Shown: positions 55,538 to 64,000 of the stretch, one piece after another
How the letters are laid out: each line of letters begins with the position of its first letter
How positions within the stretch are numbered: position 1 is the first letter of the stretch
Assembly (NCBI GenBank): GCA_965237595.1
Contig: CBDEFY010000006.1
Location: 168,671 to 232,670, forward strand
Direction of reading: 5' to 3'
DNA from: Dehalococcoidia bacterium
GTDB lineage: Bacteria > Chloroflexota > Dehalococcoidia > Lucifugimonadales > UBA3495
DNA: 64,000 nt
Notes under the pieces: generated by a model
Database searches by the model: none
Seen by the model: the letters and a program-made list of their open reading frames with translations, nothing else
Told to the model about the DNA's origin: nothing
Made by a program: the position numbers and the translations under genes

Positions 55538-56407
55538 ATGGCCAGCGTAACGCAACTGGGATACGTGGGACTGAGTGTAAGCAACGTGGAGGAGTGGGAG
55601 CACTTCGCCACTGAGGTCTTGGGACTACAGAGCAACGGCATAGATTCCGACGGCAATCTCTCGCTGCGGATGGACGAATACAGCCACCGGTTCATCATCC
55701 AGCCCACCGGCAAGGACGATGTCGATTTCGTTGGCTGGCAGGTCACCGACGAGCCCGCCCTCAGGGAGATGGGGGAACAACTACGCGAAGCCGGCATCGA
55801 GGTCACCGAGGGCACCGACGACGAAGCCAAGTCGCGCCGGGTCGAAGGCTTCATCAAGTTTGATGACCCCGAGGGCACGGCCACAGAGGTCTTCTACGGA
55901 CCCCCCATCAGCTTCGAGCGGCCCTTCAATTCACCCCGCGCCATCTCCGGTTTTGTGACTAGCGAACAGGGCCTGGGCCACGTGGTCCTTTACGTTGAAG
56001 ACTTGGACCGTACGGTAAAATTCTACCGCGACGTGTTGGGCTTGAAAATCAGCGACTTTATCCGCAACCTGACCTTCTTCCACTGCAACCCTCGCCACCA
56101 CTCGCTGGCGTTGATCGAGGCCAAAGCGCCCAAGAGGCTGAACCACTTCATGATCCAGACGCAGTCCATGAACGACGTGGGCTCCACCTACGACCTGGTG
56201 CTGGACCAAGAAATTCCCCTGACCCGGGGGCTGGGCCGGCACACCAACGACCATATGACGTCCTTCTACATGAAGACCCCTTCGGGCTTCGATGTCGAGT
56301 TCGGCTGGGGCGCCCGCACCGTAGACGACACCACCTGGCAGGTGCAGCGCCACGAGAAAGGCAGCATCTGGGGCCACCGCCCCGTAGCCCAAGCAGGCGC
56401 CAAATAG
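55538..56407 (+). CDS. type I extradiol dioxygenase (VOC superfamily, 2,3-dihydroxybiphenyl 1,2-dioxygenase-like)
   Basis: Two VOC modules. LGHVVLYVEDLDRTVKFYRDVLGLK, HHSLAL, LNHFMIQ, GRHTNDHMTSFYMKTPSGFDVE. Confidence 0.85.
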   Translation: MASVTQLGYVGLSVSNVEEWEHFATEVLGLQSNGIDSDGNLSLRMDEYSHRFIIQPTGKDDVDFVGWQVTDEPALREMGEQLREAGIEVTEGTDDEAKSRRVEGFIKFDDPEGTATEVFYGPPISFERPFNSPRAISGFVTSEQGLGHVVLYVEDLDRTVKFYRDVLGLKISDFIRNLTFFHCNPRHHSLALIEAKAPKRLNHFMIQTQSMNDVGSTYDLVLDQEIPLTRGLGRHTNDHMTSFYMKTPSGFDVEFGWGARTVDDTTWQVQRHEKGSIWGHRPVAQAGAK

Positions 56408-56443
56408 CCCCACGGAGCGCGAATTCGCCCTACGGAGCGTTAG

Positions 56444-57328
56444 ATGCAACTCGGTTATATCGGCACCGGCACCATGGGCAATCCCATGGCCAAGGCTCTC
56501 ATCGAGGCGGGACATGCGGTCACCGTCTATGACCTGCGCCGCGAGTCGGCCACCAACCTGTGCGAGATGGGCGCCAACTGGGCCACCGGTCCCCGCGAGC
56601 TGGCTCAGGCCAGCGAAGTGGTGTTGACCTCCCTTCCCGGCCCGGTGGAAGCCGAGCAGGTGCTGACCGACCCAGAGAACGGCATATTGGCGGGTCTGAA
56701 GCGGGGCGCCGCATGGATCGACACCACCACCAACTCGCCCACGGTGATCCGCCGGTTGGCCGAAATCTGCAAGCAACGCGGCATCGAGATGCTGGATTCC
56801 CCGGTCAGCGGCCGGATACCCAACATGACCATGATGGTCGGCGGCGACCCCGCCGTATTCGAGAAGCACCGGCCGGTGCTGGAGACCATGGGCGAAAATG
56901 TCATCTACGTGGGAGAGACTGCCTCAGGCTGCACAGCCAAGCTGGTTACCCAATATCTGGGATACTCAAACTTCGTGGCCGGCGTTGAAGGCATGCTCAT
57001 TGGGGCCAAGGCCGGGCTGGACATGGACATCCTGGCCAAACTTATCCCCATCAGCGCGTCGGCCAGCAGCACCATGAACCGTTCCGTTGACGTCCTGCTC
57101 GACGGCACCTTCGGCTCCAACGGATCGTTGGATATCGTAGCCAAAGACCTGCACCTGGCCTGCCAGTTGGCCCGGGATGTGCAGGCGCCGTCCCGCATCG
57201 GCGACATCGTAGACGACGTATTCCAGCGCGCCCAGGCCCAGGGTTGGGGTAAGGATGGGTACCCCGCCGTCGCGCGGGTCCTGGAACAGATGGCTGGTAT
57301 GGACATCCGCTCCAAGTCAAAGGAATAA
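56444..57328 (+). CDS. NAD(P)-dependent 3-hydroxyisobutyrate dehydrogenase-family oxidoreductase
   Basis: LGYIGTGTMGNPMAKAL Rossmann motif. DSPVSG, GSGCTAKLVTQ-like block. Confidence 0.8.
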   Translation: MQLGYIGTGTMGNPMAKALIEAGHAVTVYDLRRESATNLCEMGANWATGPRELAQASEVVLTSLPGPVEAEQVLTDPENGILAGLKRGAAWIDTTTNSPTVIRRLAEICKQRGIEMLDSPVSGRIPNMTMMVGGDPAVFEKHRPVLETMGENVIYVGETASGCTAKLVTQYLGYSNFVAGVEGMLIGAKAGLDMDILAKLIPISASASSTMNRSVDVLLDGTFGSNGSLDIVAKDLHLACQLARDVQAPSRIGDIVDDVFQRAQAQGWGKDGYPAVARVLEQMAGMDIRSKSKE

Positions 57329-57383
57329 TCGGAAAAAGAGCTTCGCCCAGATCCAAAGCCCTGGAACAGGGAGGCGATCCAGC

Positions 57384-58772
57384 ATGGCAACCGCCCGCAA
57401 GAGCAGCCACAGGAACGGCCAATTCAATGGGATGGTCGACTTGGACGCCGGCACCATCAGCCGTGAGGTCTTCGTGAGCCCGGAGATCTACGCCCAAGAA
57501 CAGGAGCAGCTATTTGCCCGGGCCTGGCTGTTCATCGGACACGAGAGCCAGGTCGCCAAGCCCGGTGACTTCTTCGTCTCTTCCATGGGCGAAGAATCGG
57601 TGATCCTCTGCCGCGACCGTCAGAACGGGATTCACGTTTTCCTCAACTCCTGCGCCCACCGGGGCATGAAGGTCTGCCGCTACGACGAAGGCAACACCCC
57701 CGTTTTCTCCTGCCCGTACCACGGCTGGAGTTACGCCACCGACGGCAAGCTGGTGGGGGTCCCCTACTTCAAGGACGCCTACAAAGAGAAACTGGACAAG
57801 TCCAAGTGGGGACTGGCGGAGGTAGCCCAGATTTGCAACTACAGGGGCGCCATCTGGGCCACGTGGGATAAAACCGCTCCCTCCTTCCTAGAATACATCG
57901 GCGGATACCACACCTACCTGGATTTCCTGCTGGACACCTGGGACGGGGCCGGCGGAGAGACGGAGGTCTTCGGCGGCGTCGAGAAATGGGTAATACCTTG
58001 CAACTGGAAGTTCCCCTCGGAGAACTTCATCGGCGACCGCTATCACAACATCAGCCACCGCTCGGTGGACATGGTGGGCGTGGGCCCCAGCGGCAGCGGA
58101 CGCCGCGACAACCAAGAACGGGAGGGGGCCACTGCCCTGGACATCTCCTTCCCGGAACGAGGCCACGGGACCATCACCTTCCTGCGGCCCGACGATCAGG
58201 TGATTTCCGGTTATCAACACTCCAAGATTGTCTCGGAGTATTTCGCTCACTGCGAAGCCGAGCGCCGCAAGAACTACGGACAGTGGTCCCGCTTGGTCCC
58301 CGGACCCGGCACCCTGTTCCCCAACATGTCCTATCTGCCGCGCCAGCCCCGCACCATCTCGGTCTGGCACCCCCGCGGCCCCAACAGCCACGAGGCCTGG
58401 CGCTGGTTCCTGGTCGACAAGAACGCCCCAGCCGAAGTCAAAGAGTTCCTGCGCCACTATTACATCAGCTACTCCGGCCCCGCCGGACTCACCGAGCAGG
58501 ACGACATGGAGAACTGGAACTACGCCCATAACGCCAGCCACGGGGTGATTGCCCGGCGGCGCCCCTACAACTATCAAATGGGAATGGGCTTCGACGGCCC
58601 GCCGGTGGACACCGACGGCCTGGATATGCCCGGCCAGATCCGGAACGTGACAGCCGCCAAGGCTACCGAGCAGAACCAGCGCGGCTTCTACCAGCGGTGG
58701 TCCGAGTTCATGCACGCCTCAGACTGGGACACCCTGGCCACCTGGCGCAACGGCAACGTGAGGGGGCACTAG
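57384..58772 (+). CDS. aromatic ring-hydroxylating (Rieske) dioxygenase alpha subunit, paralog 2
   Basis: Same motifs as paralog 1. ATG at 57384 is preceded by GGGAGG. Confidence 0.9.
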   Translation: MATARKSSHRNGQFNGMVDLDAGTISREVFVSPEIYAQEQEQLFARAWLFIGHESQVAKPGDFFVSSMGEESVILCRDRQNGIHVFLNSCAHRGMKVCRYDEGNTPVFSCPYHGWSYATDGKLVGVPYFKDAYKEKLDKSKWGLAEVAQICNYRGAIWATWDKTAPSFLEYIGGYHTYLDFLLDTWDGAGGETEVFGGVEKWVIPCNWKFPSENFIGDRYHNISHRSVDMVGVGPSGSGRRDNQEREGATALDISFPERGHGTITFLRPDDQVISGYQHSKIVSEYFAHCEAERRKNYGQWSRLVPGPGTLFPNMSYLPRQPRTISVWHPRGPNSHEAWRWFLVDKNAPAEVKEFLRHYYISYSGPAGLTEQDDMENWNYAHNASHGVIARRRPYNYQMGMGFDGPPVDTDGLDMPGQIRNVTAAKATEQNQRGFYQRWSEFMHASDWDTLATWRNGNVRGH

Positions 58773-58824
58773 GGGTTCCATGACTTTAGCGCTCCTTCGG
58801 CGGGCTCAGCAACTGTCTTGGATG

Positions 58825-59773
<949 letters not shown>

Positions 59774-59791
59774 CCATCTACCTCCCATCAC

Positions 59792-59995
59792 TGGTTCCCC
59801 TCATTGGTCCCCCGGCACCGGCCCAGCCTTGCTTGATACGGGCTGCCGCCCAGTCAACTGTTCGGGCTCTGGGCGGGGAGGACGTGGCGGCCTCGCTGAG
59901 CCTCGGCCTAAAAAGCCTAGGACGATTCGGCCTGCCACGTCCTGGTTTAAGATACAAGGACGAACGGTTGTAGGAAGGATATCCCTGGGATAGTA
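59792..59995 (-). ncRNA. candidate IS110 bridge (guide) RNA in the 5' non-coding end
   Basis: On the transposase strand there are two strong helices: AGGACGUGGC...GCCACGUCCU (10 bp) enclosing GC-rich internal stems, then CCGCCCAG...CUGGGCGG (8 bp). Position and length match bridge RNAs described for IS110 elements. Confidence 0.3.
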
Positions 59996-60003
59996 TATTG
60001 ATT

Positions 60004-60080
60004 CCTTCCCCCGCTGGGGGAAGGTTAGGTCCGACGAAGTCGAGACTCACGACGAAGTCGGAGACGGGGGCAACCCCTCA
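60004..60080. repeat. GC-rich hairpin repeat, copy 3 (long form)
   Basis: CCTTCCCCC-GCT-GGGGGAAGG, then TTAGGTCC, then GACGAAGTCGAGAC-TCAC-GACGAAGTCGGAGAC, then GGGGGCAACCCCTCA. Confidence 0.75.
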
Positions 60081-60108
60081 ACCCAGTCCATCACTGAGGC
60101 CCAGCGTT

Positions 60109-60654
60109 ATGACAACCACCGAGTCGCACATCGCCCAACTCCTGCTCAAGAACGAGATTGAGGAGTTCCTCTATCAGGAAGCCGAGTTACTGGACGAGCG
60201 GAGCTTCGAGGAGTGGCTGGACCTGCTCACCGACGACATCCGTTACTGGATGCCCATGCGGCGCAACGTCAAGTTCGGCGAGCTGGACCGGGAGTTTACC
60301 CGCGAGGGCCAGGACATCAACTGGTTCGATGAGGGCAAGGATACACTGGAGCGCCGGGTGAAACAGATACTCACCGGCGTCCACTGGGCAGAAGAGCCCC
60401 TCTCCCGCATCTGCCATTTCGTCACCAATGTGCAGGTCCTAAACGCGGTTCCGTCGACCTCGGACCCCACCGAAGTTTCGGTGAAGTGCCGGTTCCTGGT
60501 CTACCGCAACCGGGTGGAGACGGAGACCGATTTCCTGATTGGCAAGCGGGAAGACACCCTCAGGAAGGTGAACGGGACCTGGAAGATTGCCGGGCGCAAA
60601 ATCATCTTAGACCAGAATGTGCTCCTGGCCAAAAACTTGTCGTTCTTCTTCTAG
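60109..60654 (+). CDS. aromatic ring-hydroxylating dioxygenase beta subunit (NTF2-like)
   Basis: EIEEFLYQEAELLDERSFEEWLDLLTDDIRYWMP..RVKQILTGVHWAEEPLSR..FLVYRNR is the typical small-subunit pattern. Confidence 0.85.
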   Translation: MTTTESHIAQLLLKNEIEEFLYQEAELLDERSFEEWLDLLTDDIRYWMPMRRNVKFGELDREFTREGQDINWFDEGKDTLERRVKQILTGVHWAEEPLSRICHFVTNVQVLNAVPSTSDPTEVSVKCRFLVYRNRVETETDFLIGKREDTLRKVNGTWKIAGRKIILDQNVLLAKNLSFFF

Positions 60655-60747
60655 GAGCCCACACTGAAAGGAATAACCAGAAAGCGTCCGAAGGCATTCT
60701 TGCCCAGTAACGGCCTCTCGGGCGCATTTATACAGTTCGATTCCGCA

Positions 60748-61206
60748 CTACCGGCGCATCATCGGTGGGAATCGGCTCTGAGGCCGCAAACGGTTCGGGA
60801 GGGCTAGATCCCTGGGACCGCCGAAGATGGAGTCAATCTGGTCCTCACTGAAACAAGGGAGTATCAGTGCCATCTCAACCTCGGGGTCATAGCCCTCTGA
60901 ATTCTCAATCAGACTGAGAATACTCATTGAAATCCTCAGGCAACCGCTAAGCTCTGGAGAGCTCATCACCTCTTGGATCAACTCGTCCAGATCGACGTCC
61001 TCAAAGCTCCCCAGGCCCAGTCCAAGCTCGGCCGTCGCCGCCGGCTCAGGAGCCGCCGTGGGTTCTCCAGTCGGCGTTGGGACCGCAGTGGCGGTCGGGT
61101 CAGGTGAGTTTACCTGAGCCACCGATAGGGTATCCCCGCCGGAGCAGGCCACGAACATAAATGTTATTATCGCCAATACTGGAAACAAAAGGTTGCGCGT
61201 ACTCAT
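60748..61206 (-). CDS. lipoprotein (152 aa), function unknown
   Basis: MSTRNLLFPVLAIITFMFVACSGG lipobox. Pro/Thr/Ala linker. Shares the motif ..VM(S/N)SPEL..C..PCF.. with 61789-63174. Confidence 0.6.
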   Translation of the reverse strand: MSTRNLLFPVLAIITFMFVACSGGDTLSVAQVNSPDPTATAVPTPTGEPTAAPEPAATAELGLGLGSFEDVDLDELIQEVMSSPELSGCLRISMSILSLIENSEGYDPEVEMALILPCFSEDQIDSIFGGPRDLALPNRLRPQSRFPPMMRR

Positions 61207-61307
61207 GCTTTGATTCTAGGCACGGTTTTTCCTACAATCTAGCCGCATGAGAATATCGGTTGTGTTCGGCGAGTCCGCCCTGCACCGATACGACGGGAGG
61301 CACTGAG

Positions 61308-61508
61308 ATGGCTGAGGTAGTAAACCTGATGCTCTTGGAAGCCGGCGTCAAAATCGCCGTAACCTCTGGGGCCACGGTGGAGGTGGTCGAAAACCCCAAA
61401 GACGGCGTCTGGGTTTTCGCCAAGTACCTGACCTCTCCCGAAGACCCCTCTTTGGAAGGGACCGAAGACATGTTCTTCGCTCAAGACATCTTGGAAGTGC
61501 TGGACTGA
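61308..61508 (+). CDS. small hypothetical protein (66 aa)
   Basis: MAEVVNLMLLEAGVKIAVTSG... Its stop overlaps the next ORF's ATG (ATGA-type overlap at 61508). Confidence 0.4.
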   Translation: MAEVVNLMLLEAGVKIAVTSGATVEVVENPKDGVWVFAKYLTSPEDPSLEGTEDMFFAQDILEVLD

Positions 61509-61723
61509 TGGTCAACTCCGTATCCGAGCGGCCGAACTACAACCAACTGCGAGAGGCCTTCCAGGCCGGTTTCGATTCCATCGACGACGGCGATGGCTTC
61601 TATCTCGGATTTCACTCCTACCTGGAGTCCCACGGCTTCAGGAAACGGGAGGAAATCGCCTGCACCTGCTCGGACAACGGCGCCCACGGCCACCAACCGG
61701 AGTGCCGGTGGGTCAAATCCTGA
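61508..61723 (+). CDS. small hypothetical protein (71 aa), Cys/His-rich C-terminus
   Basis: ..IACTCSDNGAHGHQPECRWVKS. Followed 14 nt later by a strong terminator. Confidence 0.4.
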   Translation: MVNSVSERPNYNQLREAFQAGFDSIDDGDGFYLGFHSYLESHGFRKREEIACTCSDNGAHGHQPECRWVKS

Positions 61724-61736
61724 GCGCTGAGTAACG

Positions 61737-61769
61737 AAAAAAGAGGGGCCAAATTGGCCCCTCTTTTTT
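61737..61769. terminator. strong bidirectional rho-independent terminator
   Basis: AAAAAAGAGGGGCC-AAAT-TGGCCCCTCTTTTTT, between convergent genes. Confidence 0.85.
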
Positions 61770-61788
61770 CGTTTGCTTGCCGGCATAT

Positions 61789-63174
61789 CTAGTCAAGATA
61801 GCTGCTGAAGTTGTCCCAAGCGTTGGAGAATGCGAATTTCTCTTGTATTTCCGGGGGCAGCATGGCGATGAACCGGCGCGAGAAATCGACCAACATGTCT
61901 ATCGCCGCATCCTCAAAATGCCATGAATTGATGACATCCGTTCCCCACAGCGTTTTGTCAGGATGGTCGAGGATGATTTGGCCGTATTCCTCAAACGCGA
62001 GCCGGGCCAAGTCCTGTACACCCAGGGAATTCATTATTTCCACGAACTTTTCCGTGCTTTCCGGATCCATCTGTAGAGTCCCTGGGTATTGCGGGCTCCC
62101 TAGTATACTGGCCGTGTCCAGGCTGTAGTACACGTTGTCGAAGTCGTAATCGTTGAGCAGCCCCAAGATTGGTATGCCTTCCCCTTCTTTGTCATACCTG
62201 CCGTTCGTACCGTGGAAGAGGAACTTGATCCCGGGGTTGTCTCTAATTACCGACGCGTATTCGTCGGCGGTCTGGCCGGTCCGAGGGTGAATCATAATGA
62301 CACCGTCCGATTGGGCCACCATGGGATAAACGTCGTCCATCTCCGGGCCACCCGGCCCCAGGGAACTGAAGTGGTCGGTGTAAAACGCTATCTCGCCAAA
62401 CCCGTCCAGGGTGCCCTCGGGGGGATATAGCGGTCCGAGCAGAGACCGGGTATAGGTGCCATCGGCAAATCCCATGAACCCGGCATCGAGTCCGAAATCG
62501 AAGGGCGGGGGCAACCATAGGGCAACCAACCGGCCCTCCAAGCCATCCACGTAACCTAGCAGTTCATCCACCTCCGACTGCCGGGCTGTAACGGGCGGCA
62601 TGAAGAACCCCACACCAGCGCGAATGTCGTTCCGGTCCATCATGTGCAAGACATCGGAGGTGGTGAACCTTTCTCCGTAAAAAGGATTGCTCAACCCCAT
62701 CACGTGCATGTGGGAGTCGAATAGGGGGCCGTCATACCAAGGGACTCCCTCGGGGGCGGTCAACTTCGGAGCTTGCGCCTGCGTAGGGCCATCTTTTCCA
62801 TCTGAGTCGGTGACGGATTCGGCTTGAATGAAGCAAGGCACCATCTGGTTGATCTCGTCTTCCGTGGGTGGCCGCTCAGTGAACTCAACCATGGTGGCAA
62901 ACCCAACGCTTTCGGCGATACAGGCCATTAGTTCAGGTGAGTTCATTACCTGTTCTGTTAGCTTCTCGGGACCGAGGGCCAGGAGATCGTCCGCCAGCGT
63001 TCCTCCCGGTGCTACAGCGGCCGGGGTTGGGGAGGGTTGTGCCGGGGCTGGCGTGGGCGCCGCCACCGGTATCGATGTAGGAGCCTGTATAGCCGGTTCG
63101 GCGCCGCCACATGCCACGATGGCAATAGACACCGCAGCAAGCATGGCCGTCAGCAAATAAATATTCTTCGCCAT
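61789..63174 (-). CDS. lipoprotein with C-terminal amidohydrolase-like domain
   Basis: MAKNIYLLTAMLAAVSIAIVACGG lipobox. Pro/Ala-rich linker. ..LFDSHMHVMG.. metal-binding motif, and a TIM-barrel hydrolase-like remainder. Confidence 0.6.
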   Translation of the reverse strand: MAKNIYLLTAMLAAVSIAIVACGGAEPAIQAPTSIPVAAPTPAPAQPSPTPAAVAPGGTLADDLLALGPEKLTEQVMNSPELMACIAESVGFATMVEFTERPPTEDEINQMVPCFIQAESVTDSDGKDGPTQAQAPKLTAPEGVPWYDGPLFDSHMHVMGLSNPFYGERFTTSDVLHMMDRNDIRAGVGFFMPPVTARQSEVDELLGYVDGLEGRLVALWLPPPFDFGLDAGFMGFADGTYTRSLLGPLYPPEGTLDGFGEIAFYTDHFSSLGPGGPEMDDVYPMVAQSDGVIMIHPRTGQTADEYASVIRDNPGIKFLFHGTNGRYDKEGEGIPILGLLNDYDFDNVYYSLDTASILGSPQYPGTLQMDPESTEKFVEIMNSLGVQDLARLAFEEYGQIILDHPDKTLWGTDVINSWHFEDAAIDMLVDFSRRFIAMLPPEIQEKFAFSNAWDNFSSYLD

Positions 63175-63328
63175 TCACTTAATGCTATGCAGGGTCTCCG
63201 CTTAAGGCAATGTCTTTGCACGGCCCAGGCACCATTCCGGCATGACGGACTTCAGACTTGGGAAAACCGGCCAAGGACGTAGGGGCACGGCAGTGCCGTG
63301 CCCCATTCGCATCACGGCAACCCGCCGT

Positions 63329-64000
63329 TCATCCCCCGAACAACTCCAGGGCATTCTGGCGGCATATGCGGTCCTTACCCGCTTGGTCCAAGCCGATGTG
63401 GTCTACGGCGTCCATCAGGCCGCCGCTCATGGGCGCCCAGACCCAGTCCGAGCCCAAAAGCACGTGTTCCGGCCCAGCCAGGTCCAGCAGCAACCGCAGC
63501 GAGCGTGGGTTAACCGTCACGGTGTCGTAGTAGAGCATGGGCATGTAATCTTCCGGCCCGGCCCGCTCCAGTTCCGTTACCTTTTCCATTCCCCTGCGGT
63601 AGGCCACGTCCAGCCGGCCAATTTGGTAGGGCAGAAACCCTCCACCGTGGCACAGCATCAACTTCAACTTGGGGTGGCGGTCCAGCAACCCGGAGTGAAT
63701 CAGCTTGGCCGCCAAGATAGTGGTGTCCAAAGTCCTTCCCAGGCGGAAGGCCATATAGCTGGGCCCGGCCAAGGGCCATTTGCTGTGGGAAGCCCCGTGG
63801 AGCATCACCGGCGCGTCCAACTCCTCCGCCGCAGCCCACAGAGGCTCCAGGCTGGGGTCGGCCACGTCCACGTCGGCGGGGTCGCTGGGCAGCATCGTGC
63901 CCAGCATTCCCAGGGTCTTCACGGCGTACTCCAACTCCCGGGCCGCTCGCTCGCCGTCGCGCATGGGCACGGCGGCGATGGTCCGGAAGGCCCCGCCACT
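63329..64000 (-). CDS. amidohydrolase-2 family protein (ACMSD-like), 5' end beyond the window
   Basis: ..APVMLHG..LMLCHGGGFLPYQIGR..LLGSDWVWAP... The reading frame is open to position 64000. Confidence 0.75.
   Translation of the reverse strand, partial: SGGAFRTIAAVPMRDGERAARELEYAVKTLGMLGTMLPSDPADVDVADPSLEPLWAAAEELDAPVMLHGASHSKWPLAGPSYMAFRLGRTLDTTILAAKLIHSGLLDRHPKLKLMLCHGGGFLPYQIGRLDVAYRRGMEKVTELERAGPEDYMPMLYYDTVTVNPRSLRLLLDLAGPEHVLLGSDWVWAPMSGGLMDAVDHIGLDQAGKDRICRQNALELFGG

Overview
GC-rich bacterial window. The gene content (family III CoA-transferases, LLM monooxygenase, amidohydrolase-2, Rieske and extradiol dioxygenases, LigB-like paralogs) suggests a Chloroflexota/SAR202-like catabolic genome, but that taxon is inference only. 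A catabolic backbone is heavily invaded by mobile DNA, and I could define most element ends at base resolution from inverted repeats (IR) and target-site duplications (TSD).

Mobile elements:
- Four copies of one IS3-family element, each with a different lesion. Three have 3-bp TSDs and one has none.
- Two unrelated IS1595-family transposons. In each, the transposase gene overlaps the start of a single-chain restriction-modification cargo gene: 27-bp IR with 8-bp TSD AAAATTTA, and 23-bp IR with 8-bp TSD TTTTTCTA.
- An IS4-family transposon with a 10-bp TSD that carries a tRNA gene. The tRNA body looks like tRNA-Leu but the anticodon is UGA (Ser).
- One element each of IS1182, IS256 and IS110. 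The IS110 element has a about 200-nt structured 5' non-coding end, a bridge-RNA candidate.

Other observations:
- The IS4-family transposon sits inside, and the IS110 element directly beside, copies of a GC-rich hairpin repeat that occurs three times in the window.
- Four insertions interrupt genes that can be rebuilt in frame: a lipoprotein, an alpha/beta hydrolase hit twice, the type IIG RM gene itself, and an NYN-domain gene.
- Pseudogenisation is frequent: in-frame stop codons in adjacent PFK and ADH genes, frameshifts in RidA, Doc and the IS110 transposase, and an A-tract frameshift in a lipoprotein gene.
- No CRISPR array or rRNA was seen.
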